IMG/VR virus record: IMGVR_UViG_3300025276_000020
From: a virus
Reading direction: 5' to 3' (one strand)
DNA length: 64,000 nucleotides
This document shows, piece after piece, positions 47,255 to 57,526 of the stretch. The notes beneath the pieces were generated by a model, which saw nothing but the letters and a program-made list of their open reading frames with translations, made no database searches and was not told the DNA's origin. The position numbers and the translations under genes are program-made. The stretch's first letter is position 1. The number at the start of each line of letters is the position of its first letter.

Positions 47255-49668
47255 GTCATTAATATCTTATAAGTGGTTCCCGATGAAGTCTGAAGTGGAA
47301 AATACTTGCCCGCATTTGTTGGTGGAGATATTGCCACAATATGATTAGTGGGTAAAGTAATTGCCATTTCACCGAAAGCTAAACCCTCTACTTCTAAATT
47401 TGCATTAGAAGCAGGCGTAGCAAGACCCAAGGCTGTACCAGCAAATGGCGGTGCAGTGTTCAGAGGAATAATACAGAACTCTTTGTTTGTACTGCCTGGA
47501 TTATTAGCGTTTTTAATAAAGACTAACGTTGAGGCAGCATTTAACGCACTATTGACGGGAGCTGAAAGTGTGATAGTAGTTGCATTAACAACAGACAAAA
47601 CAGTTGTGCCGTAAGTAATAACTGGACTTCCAGAGTTTGATCCTACGAACTGTACAAAGTCATTTTGTGCAACTCCACTAGTGGTTGTTAACACGACTGA
47701 ATTGCCACTAGATGTAGTCGATGCAACTTCTCTACCATAAACTCCTGCACACGAAAGAACTGAAGACTTATCATCTAATCCACGACTAGCGTATACAGCA
47801 ACTATAGAGCCTCCGGCAGGTCCTGATAGGTTTCCTCCAGATACAGTAATGTTGTTTTGTGATCCAGCTATAGTCGATACAGTAGTTCTTCTTCTTGTTG
47901 TAGAATTCGATGTTCCGTTATCAGCAACGCCAAATAATAACATATCTTCATACACTTTAGCGGGTAAAGCTCCTTCTCCAGACATTTTATATAAAGAACC
48001 TGCTGTAGTGCCGCCAGCACTGGATAGTTTGTAGACTCCCACCAGTCCAAGGTTCTTCCATATCATTGCACTGAACGTACCATTAATAGCTATGCCAGTA
48101 TCTGACTCGATAGTATCTTTCAGATATGCAAACTGGACTGTGTTGTCAACATTCGCACCACTTATCTCTAATATCTGATAAGTGTAGTACGTAGATCCGT
48201 TTTTAAATGTTACCCAGTCTCCTACTGAACATCCGTCCCAGTTTGCTGCCCCAACTTTACCGAACGTGTCGATTATTGTCACTGCTTTCATAGTCACCGC
48301 AGTGTTGTTTCCTGTGACAGACACAAGTTTCTCACTGTGAAGTTTTGGTATAGTATATGGCATAGACAAAGTATTGTTAACTCTAATCGGGCTAGTAGAT
48401 AGCTGGTTTAGAGGACTAGCTTTAAAGTCTTCAAAGTATTTGTACGTGTATGGTCCAAATACCTGATTTCTATCAAAGGAAGAATACAATCTATTGAACG
48501 GTAGTTTGTCGCTATTCTCAGAAGTTTCAGAAAACATTTTAGTCTGATAGTTAGATCCATCGCCTGGATTTGGATACCAAACAGTGAATCTAACTCTCAG
48601 TCTATTTCCTCTTTTCTGAGGAGTGAACACTATTGGACTTTCTGCAGGGTCTACACCGCCTACATGATCAAACGTTAATGTGCCCGAGAATCCTGTTCCT
48701 GGAACTGTACAGGTCTTGCCTGTTATGCTCATATTTTCTACAATTTGACCAGCCGATTTGGCAGCGGCATAACTCTGACCAGGCTTTCTAACTATCATGC
48801 CATTACACACATACTTTTCAACACCTAATGTAGTTCCAATTTTACCTGGAGCTAAGTTTATAGTTGTTGTTGATCCGTCATCTGTAAAAGTCAATAGCGT
48901 TATTGCTTGACTGAAATTGAATACACTCTTTAGCTTTACCCAATTATTTTCATTTCCTGCATCAACCACGTCCTCCTCGATCATAAATAACCCAGTAGAC
49001 TCCCACACTTGTGAGTAGTCTCCAGATAAGTATCCTATCCATTGAATAAGACCGTATGTGTCCGGCATAGATGGGTGTAACTTAGCGGCAAAATCGAATA
49101 CACCGTCGTTCCAAAAATCGACGGGATACACCATGGCTTGATAGTCGTTAACAAGAGAAGTGGAGAATAGATTGGTACCTAAAGAGCCTATCGCACTAGA
49201 ACTTAAATTACCGGTTGTGGCAAAAGATATAGTTGCGTTGATTCTATCGGCAGTAACGAATCTAGCTATAGGACCATCACCGCCGTCTATCCATGGAGGA
49301 TCGCCTAAGACTGATTTAAAATTGCTGATATGGTCTTGTAGAGTTCTTCTAGGCTGTACTTCTAGAATAGTACCAGGAGAGACTCCACTTAGACTTGTTC
49401 CTACGCCTACAGTGAACTCAACTAGACTGTTATTGAGAGCAACTAAGTCTAAGGATTGTCCGTTATCGTTTACGCTATCAGATAGCCCAGTGTTTCTCAG
49501 TCCTTGCGTAGGCTTTATATCGTCTACAGAGAATCCAGTGGGTGCACTGTTTTCATCTAGGGCTGAAGATAAATTATCTAGTACGTTAGATAATGCTGAA
49601 TTTGGATTGGTTAGATCCGCTAAATTTTTATCTGCTCTTAGGCCGAATTTTAAGTATTTTGTGGTCAT
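47251..49668 (-). CDS. Hypothetical virion protein, lone reverse-strand gene
   Basis: Long ORF; start MTTKYLKFGLRADKNLADL lies downstream of the minus-strand late promoter. Confidence 0.7.
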   Translation of the reverse strand: MTTKYLKFGLRADKNLADLTNPNSALSNVLDNLSSALDENSAPTGFSVDDIKPTQGLRNTGLSDSVNDNGQSLDLVALNNSLVEFTVGVGTSLSGVSPGTILEVQPRRTLQDHISNFKSVLGDPPWIDGGDGPIARFVTADRINATISFATTGNLSSSAIGSLGTNLFSTSLVNDYQAMVYPVDFWNDGVFDFAAKLHPSMPDTYGLIQWIGYLSGDYSQVWESTGLFMIEEDVVDAGNENNWVKLKSVFNFSQAITLLTFTDDGSTTTINLAPGKIGTTLGVEKYVCNGMIVRKPGQSYAAAKSAGQIVENMSITGKTCTVPGTGFSGTLTFDHVGGVDPAESPIVFTPQKRGNRLRVRFTVWYPNPGDGSNYQTKMFSETSENSDKLPFNRLYSSFDRNQVFGPYTYKYFEDFKASPLNQLSTSPIRVNNTLSMPYTIPKLHSEKLVSVTGNNTAVTMKAVTIIDTFGKVGAANWDGCSVGDWVTFKNGSTYYTYQILEISGANVDNTVQFAYLKDTIESDTGIAINGTFSAMIWKNLGLVGVYKLSSAGGTTAGSLYKMSGEGALPAKVYEDMLLFGVADNGTSNSTTRRRTTVSTIAGSQNNITVSGGNLSGPAGGSIVAVYASRGLDDKSSVLSCAGVYGREVASTTSSGNSVVLTTTSGVAQNDFVQFVGSNSGSPVITYGTTVLSVVNATTITLSAPVNSALNAASTLVFIKNANNPGSTNKEFCIIPLNTAPPFAGTALGLATPASNANLEVEGLAFGEMAITLPTNHIVAISPPTNAGKYFPLQTSSGTTYKILMT

Positions 49669-49703
49669 TTTAAATCCAATGTTGTTAATGGCTCTGTTCT
49701 TAT

Positions 49704-49715
49704 TATTTATAAATA
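49704..49715. promoter_or_regulatory. Palindromic bidirectional late promoter
   Basis: TATTTATAAATA contains TATAAATA on both strands, between divergent genes. Confidence 0.85.
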
Positions 49716-49741
49716 CATGTAGCATACATTAGGGAAAAATC

Positions 49742-50083
49742 ATGGCAATTAAAGCAAATATTGTAATAGATCAAGGCACTGATTTCTCAGCTTTGATTGA
49801 TGTAGAATCATCAGCCGGAGGCTCCATCGGGGTTTACGATTTAACGGGTTTCACAGTAGCCTCTCAGATGAGAAAAACTTACGCATCTGCATCACCAGCG
49901 GCAACTTTTGGTTGTTCACACAATGGAGCTCTTGGACAGATATCTATAACTCTGGCTAATTCAGTAACAAATGCATTAGAACCAGGAAGATATATGTACG
50001 ATATAGAGATCACTTCTAGCGGAGGCGCAAAACAGCGAGTCGTAGAAGGAGTCGTAACAGTAACAGCAGGAATGACGAGATAA
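49742..50083 (+). CDS. Small Ig-like virion protein
   Basis: ANIVIDQGTDF..DLTGFT..SQMRK..GRYMYDIEI..RVVEGVVTV. Confidence 0.7.
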   Translation: MAIKANIVIDQGTDFSALIDVESSAGGSIGVYDLTGFTVASQMRKTYASASPAATFGCSHNGALGQISITLANSVTNALEPGRYMYDIEITSSGGAKQRVVEGVVTVTAGMTR

Positions 50084-50089
50084 AGCAAA

Positions 50090-50308
50090 ATGGCAAATAT
50101 AAAAGCGAAGCTTACTCCGCAACAGAATTTTTTAGTAACCAATTACCAGATCAATGCCGCCACTATCAGACTCGGTGACCTCTTTGACGTAGACGGAACT
50201 GGGCAAACAGACGGGGCTATCATTGTCTACAATGGTACCAGTACGAAGTGGGAAGCTTCTACTGAACTCGATAATATAAATACAATTATAAATGGAGGCA
50301 ACTTTTAA
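50090..50308 (+). CDS. Small fibre-repeat protein
   Basis: LGDLFDVD..DGAIIVYNG..KW..INGGNF. Confidence 0.65.
   Translation: MANIKAKLTPQQNFLVTNYQINAATIRLGDLFDVDGTGQTDGAIIVYNGTSTKWEASTELDNINTIINGGNF
50275..50282 (+). promoter_or_regulatory. T4 late promoter
   Basis: TATAAATA 25 nt before the fibre gene. Confidence 0.65.
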
Positions 50309-52581
50309 TGTCTATAATTAAGATCAGAAGATCCACCGGTACGGCCGCACCATCTAGCGTTCTCGCATTAGGCGAGATGGGATATGCGTACGGCAGTGGT
50401 ACACAAGCAAACGGCGGTGATAGACTATTTATCGGTACCGGCGGCGAAACAGACAACATAGCGAATGTCGTTGATGTTATTGGCGGTAAGTATTTTACAA
50501 ACTTACTAGATCACGTTCACGGAACTAGAACCGCTAGTTCTGCGTTAATCGTAGACTCTAACGGTAAACTAGACGTATTAGATGTAGATAACTTAAAGTT
50601 AGACACAAACACTCTATCATCTACTAACACTAACGGAAACATTATACTTAATCCTGCCGGCACAGGTACGATTGAGATGGATGCTATTACCAACTTTGCG
50701 TCTAGTGCAACATTCACTGGATTAGTCAATGCAAACGCTGGTATAGCCGTAGACACAAATAAATTTACTGTAGCAGATACAACTGGTAACACGTTAATCG
50801 CAGGCACATTAGGTGTCACGGGTGAGACTACATTATCATCCGCAATCGTTAGTGACTTAACAGATAACAGGATCACAATCGCTGGCACATCAGGCGCACT
50901 AGAAGATGATGCTAAATTCCGCTTTGATGGAACTAACTTCCATATTGGCGTTAGTGGCAGTGAAGTATTCGATGTAACTGTCGCAAATGGTAACACTCAA
51001 ATCACTGGCACAATAAATGTTGACGGCGAGTCAACACTAGCAAGTGCAGTTGTCGAAGACCTGACCAACAATCGAATTGTTATTGCAGGCGCAGGCGGCG
51101 CAATAGAAGATGATGCCAATCTAACATTCGATGGAACAACATTCACAGTTGCGGCTGCCACACAACTTACTGGCGTAGCTACTGTAACAGGTCAATTGAA
51201 CGTAGACAGCGTTCGCACTGATGGCAATACTATATCAACACTAGGCACAAACACTAACCTAGTATTAGATCCAATTGGCACAGGATACGTGTCAATTACT
51301 GGAACAAATGGGTTTGTTATTCCAGTTGGTACAAATGCTCAACAGGGACCTAATGTTGCTGGTGCTATTAGATATAACAGTGAGAATACTCAATTCGAAG
51401 GATACTCAGGAGCTAACTGGTCATCCTTAGGTGGAGTAAGATCGGTTGATGGTCAAACATTCATCATTGCTGAAACTAGTCCTGGTAACTCAGACGATAC
51501 ACTACACTTCTATACTGCAACAGGGGCTGCCTCTAATAAGAGAGCAATGTTCCTTGATGAAGATCAGCTAAGTATTTTAAACACAACAACTTCTACGTCT
51601 AATGGAACTGGATCTCTTATCACTGCTGGTGGTGTGGGTATCGCAGAAAATCTATATGTAGGCGGAAACACTGTACTCACTGGAGACTTATTGGTTAAAG
51701 GTGGTGACATCACTACCGACCAAACAACATTCAATCTAGTTAACACTACAGCGACCACTCTTAATATTGGTGGAGCAGGTACTGCAATTAGTATCGGTGC
51801 TTCTACTGGTAAGACAACGATTAATAACCCAACTGATGTAACTGGTAGCTTTAGAGTAGGAACGACTAACTTTACCGTAGATGCATCAAACGGTAATCTC
51901 GAAACTGCTGGTAACGCAATCATCGGTGGCGACTTAACTGTTAACGGTACAACCACATCAGTAAACACAAATACATTAGATGTTGAAGATGCTCTTATTA
52001 GACTTGCATCAGGCAATACATCAGATAGTGTTGATATTGGTTTTGTAGGTAGATACAATGATGGCGCAGATAAGTTTGCTGGTATATACAGAGATGCTAC
52101 ATCGAATGAATTCTATATCTTTGATGAACTTGTAGATAGTAACTTAACCGATAACGTCATCACACAAGATGGAACTTTTGTTCTAGCTGATACAAATGTA
52201 AAAGCTATTAAGTTTGCTCAGAAGTCATTCGCTTTAACTGGTGATGTAACTGGTACTATCAACATGTCTGACATGGGTGATACTAACCACTCTATGGCAG
52301 TTACGATTCAAGCTAACTCAGTTGCTCTTGGTACTGATACGACTGGTAATTATATTGCTACTATCGTACAAGCTACAGGCGGTGCTACAGACAACAATAG
52401 CACAACAAACAACGGACTAGTAATAACAGGAAATGGCACAGAAACTGCCGCAGTAACTCTAAAGAACAACTTAGCAGATGCGGCAGGTGGAATCGGTACA
52501 TCTACATTTAACGCAACAAACTTTGACGTTAGTTCTGGAGGTGTTGTTACAGTAGACACCATAGATGGTGGAACGTTCTAA
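50308..52581 (+). CDS. Long tail-fibre-like protein
   Basis: IKIRRSTGTAAP..LGEMGY N-terminus; duplicated DLTxNRI.IAG..GA.EDDA; GDLTVNGTTT; ends IDGGTF. Confidence 0.8.
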   Translation: MSIIKIRRSTGTAAPSSVLALGEMGYAYGSGTQANGGDRLFIGTGGETDNIANVVDVIGGKYFTNLLDHVHGTRTASSALIVDSNGKLDVLDVDNLKLDTNTLSSTNTNGNIILNPAGTGTIEMDAITNFASSATFTGLVNANAGIAVDTNKFTVADTTGNTLIAGTLGVTGETTLSSAIVSDLTDNRITIAGTSGALEDDAKFRFDGTNFHIGVSGSEVFDVTVANGNTQITGTINVDGESTLASAVVEDLTNNRIVIAGAGGAIEDDANLTFDGTTFTVAAATQLTGVATVTGQLNVDSVRTDGNTISTLGTNTNLVLDPIGTGYVSITGTNGFVIPVGTNAQQGPNVAGAIRYNSENTQFEGYSGANWSSLGGVRSVDGQTFIIAETSPGNSDDTLHFYTATGAASNKRAMFLDEDQLSILNTTTSTSNGTGSLITAGGVGIAENLYVGGNTVLTGDLLVKGGDITTDQTTFNLVNTTATTLNIGGAGTAISIGASTGKTTINNPTDVTGSFRVGTTNFTVDASNGNLETAGNAIIGGDLTVNGTTTSVNTNTLDVEDALIRLASGNTSDSVDIGFVGRYNDGADKFAGIYRDATSNEFYIFDELVDSNLTDNVITQDGTFVLADTNVKAIKFAQKSFALTGDVTGTINMSDMGDTNHSMAVTIQANSVALGTDTTGNYIATIVQATGGATDNNSTTNNGLVITGNGTETAAVTLKNNLADAAGGIGTSTFNATNFDVSSGGVVTVDTIDGGTF

Positions 52582-52680
52582 ATACAATTATTAATGAGAT
52601 GAAGATGTTCGGTATATACCATTAAGCATCTTTATTCTAACTTAGAAGCTATATAGCTATTATATCAGGTGTGAGGACAG

Positions 52681-53637
52681 ATGTCAACTATTAAATTAAA
52701 AAGAAGTGCGGTCGCAGGTAAAGTTCCTGCTACTTCCGATCTTGGCTTAGGCGAGGTAGCACTCAATACCTACGACGGTAGGATATATGTTAAGAAGTCG
52801 GTAGGTGGAACAGATTCCATCGTCACGTTTAGCGGTAGTAGCGCAAGTGAAAATAATGTTCATGTAGTAGCATATACCGGCAATGGCTCCCTAAGAGTTT
52901 ACTCGATGCCTGCTATTCCTAAAGGCGATCAATACATTTCAGTATATCTTAACGGTGTACTTCAGCACATCACTGAATATAGCTTCAGTGGTCAATCTCT
53001 GACATTCAATGACGCTCCTCTAGCGAGTGATGCAATTGAAATCAGAATATACGATGCTCTAGTGGCTAGCGTCACTCTAAGAGACTTTAAAACATTCACA
53101 TACACATTTAACTCATCGCAGACCACATTCTCTGGTGCTGATGATAATAACCAAACTCTAGCATATGACCCAACAAAGATATCGGTCTATGCAAACGGTG
53201 TTAAGTTAGTAGACGGACTCGATTTCACTGCAAGCAACGGAACGTCTATCGTTCTAGATCAAGCAATTGGCGCAGGCACTGTAGAGATTTCAACGATGTC
53301 TCTTGCATCTTTTGTAGACCACGATGTGTTAAAGCCCATACATACTCCTCTTACAGCAAGCACATTAAACCAAGTTGTTGACACGTTCTCTGGAGCACAA
53401 TATCGTACTGCTAAATATCTAGTGCAGATGACACAAGGAACTAATTATCATGCAACAGAAGTGCTACTAATTCACGATGGGACAACAGTTTACATGACAG
53501 AATACGGAACAATATTTTCAAATGCGAGTTTGGGAACAATAGATGGCGACATCAACGCAGACAATGTTCGATTGCTGGTATCTCCCACTACAACCAACAC
53601 GACAATCAAAGCGCAACGTATACAGGTAGGGGTGTAA
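52681..53637 (+). CDS. Fibre/virion structural protein
   Basis: IKLKRSAVAGKVP..LGEVALNTYDG; VYLNGVLQ repeats; YRTAKYLVQ..HATEVLLIHDGT..MTEYG. Confidence 0.75.
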   Translation: MSTIKLKRSAVAGKVPATSDLGLGEVALNTYDGRIYVKKSVGGTDSIVTFSGSSASENNVHVVAYTGNGSLRVYSMPAIPKGDQYISVYLNGVLQHITEYSFSGQSLTFNDAPLASDAIEIRIYDALVASVTLRDFKTFTYTFNSSQTTFSGADDNNQTLAYDPTKISVYANGVKLVDGLDFTASNGTSIVLDQAIGAGTVEISTMSLASFVDHDVLKPIHTPLTASTLNQVVDTFSGAQYRTAKYLVQMTQGTNYHATEVLLIHDGTTVYMTEYGTIFSNASLGTIDGDINADNVRLLVSPTTTNTTIKAQRIQVGV

Positions 53638-53638
53638 C

Positions 53639-56600
53639 ATGGCAACTAGAGTAAAATCATCCCAGATACTAGACGGAACTATAGTAGGATCTGACCTACA
53701 TTCAGCAGTTGTTATTAATACGACAGCCGCAGGTACATTCGGCTCAGTCATTGTAGATAATTTCACACTTGACGGAACCACATTAGCGTTATCAAGTGGT
53801 AATATGACACTGGATTCAGTAGCGGGCGACATTGTCCTTGATGCTCATGGCAATCAAATACTATTTAAAGGTAGTTCAGGGCAGATAGGGTTTATTGACT
53901 TAGCTACTGGCAGAATGGATATTAAAGCATCTAATGCAGATGCGGATATGAGATTCCAAGGTAATGATGGTGGCGTTGCTATTAACGCCCTCACCCTTGA
54001 TATGTCAGCGGCAGGTGCGGCTACGTTTAATGCTGGAATTAATGTAGACGGTACTATCACCGGCGTAACAGATTTCAACTCTAGTGGTGATATGATCGTT
54101 GGCGGTGACTTGTCTGTCACTGGCGATCTTACCGTACAAGGCACTCAAGTAACACTCAACACTACTGCCCTTGATGTCGAAGATAAGAACATCACGCTCA
54201 ACTACCATGCAAGCAACGACACATCCGCTAGTGCAGATGGCGCTGGTATCACAATACAAGATGCAGTTAATGCATCTACTAACGCAAGTATTCTATGGAA
54301 TGCTACGAATGATGCATTCGACTTTTCACATGAGATAACTGCTCCAAGTGCCCTGACTCTTACTAGCAGTGCACCAAGAATTTACCTATATGAATCAGAC
54401 ACTACAGACCTGAATACTGCTTTATTTTCGAGTGGCGGTGCATTTACCATTCGAACTACTACAGACAATGACTCTACACGAACTCCAAGACTTCAAGTTT
54501 CTCATAGTACTGGTGATATCAGCTTCTACAATACCGGAGGTAACGCCGTCAAGATGTTCTGGGACGCAAGCGGCGAATCATTGAGCATCGGCACTACTGG
54601 ATCTGGAACTGACAGAAGATTTCAGATTTCGGGTACTGGCACAAGTACTAGTACAACTCAATATGGTATTGTTGCTAATCCTACAATGTCAAATAATGTT
54701 ACTGGTAGCATCTATAACATATATTCTCAGGCTAACGTAGCTTCTGGAGCCACTCTCACTAATTTATACAGTGTGTATATAGGAACAAATGGGTTAAATA
54801 GCTCTACTGTTACCAACAACTATGGTCTATATCAAGCCGGAGCAAGTGAGAAAAACTACTTTGCAGGTAACGTTGGCATCGGAACATCTACTCCACAACA
54901 CAAACTTGATACTGTAGGTACAATCAGACACACATCGAATATAGTGTCTAACACTGTATATAAAGCTTTCAGTATTGGCAGTGACAGATCAATCAATGAT
55001 TACGGTGGAGTTAATAAAGATTACTGGGCTATTCAATTAGCAACACCTGGCGCTAGTACAGACGGACAAAGTAGCGCCCATGCATATGGATCATTAAAGT
55101 TTAGCGGAGTATCTGGTTCTGACGCAACATTAGATGATGTATTAGTTTTAAAATACAATGGCTACGTTGGTATCGGAACACCTTCTCCTGATGCATTACT
55201 TCATATAAGTGCAACTAGTCCTCATATTGATATAGGACCTCAAGGTGGTAATAGAGGTAAGATTGGTTATCATAGCAACGATGTCATTATAGGATCTACG
55301 TCAAGCACTGGTAATATCATATTCAAAAATAATATATCATCTACAGACTCTCCACAAACTAGTGGTGATGTTAAGATGACCATTGCTGATGTAGGCTTGA
55401 CTATACACAGCGACACTTATAATATCTTAAATCTTCAAACGGACTCTAATAACGATGAGACAAGCACCGATGGTATTATCAAGATTACTAATAATAATGG
55501 CAGTTCCAATGTAACTAAAGCAGAGTTTAGATGGGACGAAAGTGAAGACTTAGTACACGTCAGCTATGGTGATCATGGTAGACATATTTCGATCAACTCA
55601 TCTGGTAACGTTGGTATCGGCACAGGCTCAGTAAGCCCTGTTCACACTTTAGACGTAGACGGCGCTATTGCTACAAGTCAAGTACGACACTCTGTTCGAC
55701 CTACGCTTAACTTAGACTTCGCTAACTCAAAAGAACTCGATTCACGTATTACATTCTACCGTGATTCTATTGCGACATACTATGATAGCAAAGGTACACT
55801 AAGATACGCTAATGTGAATGAACCACGCTTTGATCACGATCCTGCGACTGGTGAAAGTAAAGGCTTGTTGATTGAAGAGAGTAGAACAAATACATTCACA
55901 TACTCAAATAATCCAGAAAGATGGCCGTTGATGTCTAATAGTAGCAGTGATCCTGATGCATCAGGTGCTATTTCTCCAGACGGTACAGCAAATGCGACAA
56001 AATTAGTTGCTACTGGAAGCGATCCATACTTTTATCAGAACAACTTAACATTAAACGGCACATACACATTTTCATATTGGATTAAAGGATTTGGTAGCAC
56101 TGTTGGTAAACACTATACAGCGAGAATGGTAAACGTATCAACTAATCAAACCACTGCTGGAACAATACCGGCTGAGTGGACTAGATATAGTCACACGTTT
56201 ACAACAGGAAATACTACTACTGCGTATATTGGAATAGAAGCTCCTGATAGTAGTCCCGCAGATGGAGACACTTTTAGTATATGGGGTGCACAATTAGAGT
56301 ATGGCTCATTCGTAACATCTTTGATTCCATCTGACACACGCTTTACTTCACGTTCAAGTGTAGCAACATATTACGATGAGAACGGTATTCTCAGAACAGC
56401 ACCTGCTAATGGAGCGAGATACGGTTACAAGTATGATGGTCGTAAATGGGTAGAGACTGGGTTGATACTAGAAGAGGCTTCTACTAACTTACTGTACAAT
56501 AATCCAAAAGGAAGTGATTTATATGGAGATGTAATGGGCGCAGAAGCTATATGGACTATAACGGATAGTTCAATTGATGTGACTGCTCCTGATGGCTCTT

Positions 56601-57526
56601 CGAAAACAACTAAAGGCGTGTCTGGCACCACGGGCAATTCGTTCTTTTGGACAACAGGTGCGCCCGTAACATATGTAAATGGGAATTTCTACACACACTC
56701 AGTATGGATGAGAACAGCGACTGGGACAACAGCGACACTACAAACATCAGTATATCCCCAAATAGCAGTCACCGGAGGTCATGGTCCATCAGTAACGGTC
56801 ACTGACCAATGGCAAAGATTTCCAGTAACATTCAAGTTTAATAGCAGTCTTGCTAAACCATATCTAGCTGTAGTATCTCCACAGCACAGTAAAACATTTT
56901 ACTTTTGGGGCTGGCAAGTCGAACAAAAAGCGACAGCCACATCGTATATAAAAACTGTTGGTTCGGCTGTAACTCGTGCCGCAGATGTTGCTTCAAGTGT
57001 TGCGTATACTAGAAGAGGCGATAATGCATATATTGACGGTAAAGACTTCGAGGATTTTTATAATCCTAATGAAGGCACTATACACCTAGACTATCAATTG
57101 GGAGTAAAGTTGGCTCAAATGCGAGTCGCATCTTTCGCTAAACACGGTACAAATACCGACTTTATAGATATTATAGCGGGTTGGGGCACAGCGGGCGCAA
57201 CTACTGGTGGCATATACATGTTCGGACCAAATTCAACTGGATCCGGAATAAATACCGCAGGCTCCACTATAACAAATGTTGCTCACCAAAGAAGAAAATT
57301 TGCAGGAAGAATTAGTCACAACGATTTTTATTCAGTAACGCAGAACAGTACAACAATCGCTCAAGCAGGCGATACAGATGCAGGAATTCCTATATTGGAT
57401 AGACTGAATTTTGGTGATCACGCACTGACAGATTCGCAGAAGTTGTGCGGTCATATAAGAAAGGTCGTGTATTATCCTGAAGGTTTGACTAATGCAGAAC
57501 TGATAGCACTTACGGAGAATAACTAA
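53639..57526 (+). CDS. Tail/head-spike fibre with NVGIGT modules and a duplicated carbohydrate-binding-like domain
   Basis: NVGIGT repeats; RPTLNLDFAN, EPRFDHDP..GLLIEESRTN, WGAQLE, TRAAD. Confidence 0.75.
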   Translation: MATRVKSSQILDGTIVGSDLHSAVVINTTAAGTFGSVIVDNFTLDGTTLALSSGNMTLDSVAGDIVLDAHGNQILFKGSSGQIGFIDLATGRMDIKASNADADMRFQGNDGGVAINALTLDMSAAGAATFNAGINVDGTITGVTDFNSSGDMIVGGDLSVTGDLTVQGTQVTLNTTALDVEDKNITLNYHASNDTSASADGAGITIQDAVNASTNASILWNATNDAFDFSHEITAPSALTLTSSAPRIYLYESDTTDLNTALFSSGGAFTIRTTTDNDSTRTPRLQVSHSTGDISFYNTGGNAVKMFWDASGESLSIGTTGSGTDRRFQISGTGTSTSTTQYGIVANPTMSNNVTGSIYNIYSQANVASGATLTNLYSVYIGTNGLNSSTVTNNYGLYQAGASEKNYFAGNVGIGTSTPQHKLDTVGTIRHTSNIVSNTVYKAFSIGSDRSINDYGGVNKDYWAIQLATPGASTDGQSSAHAYGSLKFSGVSGSDATLDDVLVLKYNGYVGIGTPSPDALLHISATSPHIDIGPQGGNRGKIGYHSNDVIIGSTSSTGNIIFKNNISSTDSPQTSGDVKMTIADVGLTIHSDTYNILNLQTDSNNDETSTDGIIKITNNNGSSNVTKAEFRWDESEDLVHVSYGDHGRHISINSSGNVGIGTGSVSPVHTLDVDGAIATSQVRHSVRPTLNLDFANSKELDSRITFYRDSIATYYDSKGTLRYANVNEPRFDHDPATGESKGLLIEESRTNTFTYSNNPERWPLMSNSSSDPDASGAISPDGTANATKLVATGSDPYFYQNNLTLNGTYTFSYWIKGFGSTVGKHYTARMVNVSTNQTTAGTIPAEWTRYSHTFTTGNTTTAYIGIEAPDSSPADGDTFSIWGAQLEYGSFVTSLIPSDTRFTSRSSVATYYDENGILRTAPANGARYGYKYDGRKWVETGLILEEASTNLLYNNPKGSDLYGDVMGAEAIWTITDSSIDVTAPDGSSKTTKGVSGTTGNSFFWTTGAPVTYVNGNFYTHSVWMRTATGTTATLQTSVYPQIAVTGGHGPSVTVTDQWQRFPVTFKFNSSLAKPYLAVVSPQHSKTFYFWGWQVEQKATATSYIKTVGSAVTRAADVASSVAYTRRGDNAYIDGKDFEDFYNPNEGTIHLDYQLGVKLAQMRVASFAKHGTNTDFIDIIAGWGTAGATTGGIYMFGPNSTGSGINTAGSTITNVAHQRRKFAGRISHNDFYSVTQNSTTIAQAGDTDAGIPILDRLNFGDHALTDSQKLCGHIRKVVYYPEGLTNAELIALTENN

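Noticed and set aside
49160-49732. 190-aa + strand ORF and the other short antisense or alternate-frame ORFs in the structural region
   Set aside because: Shadows of long genuine genes with no supporting SD or motifs
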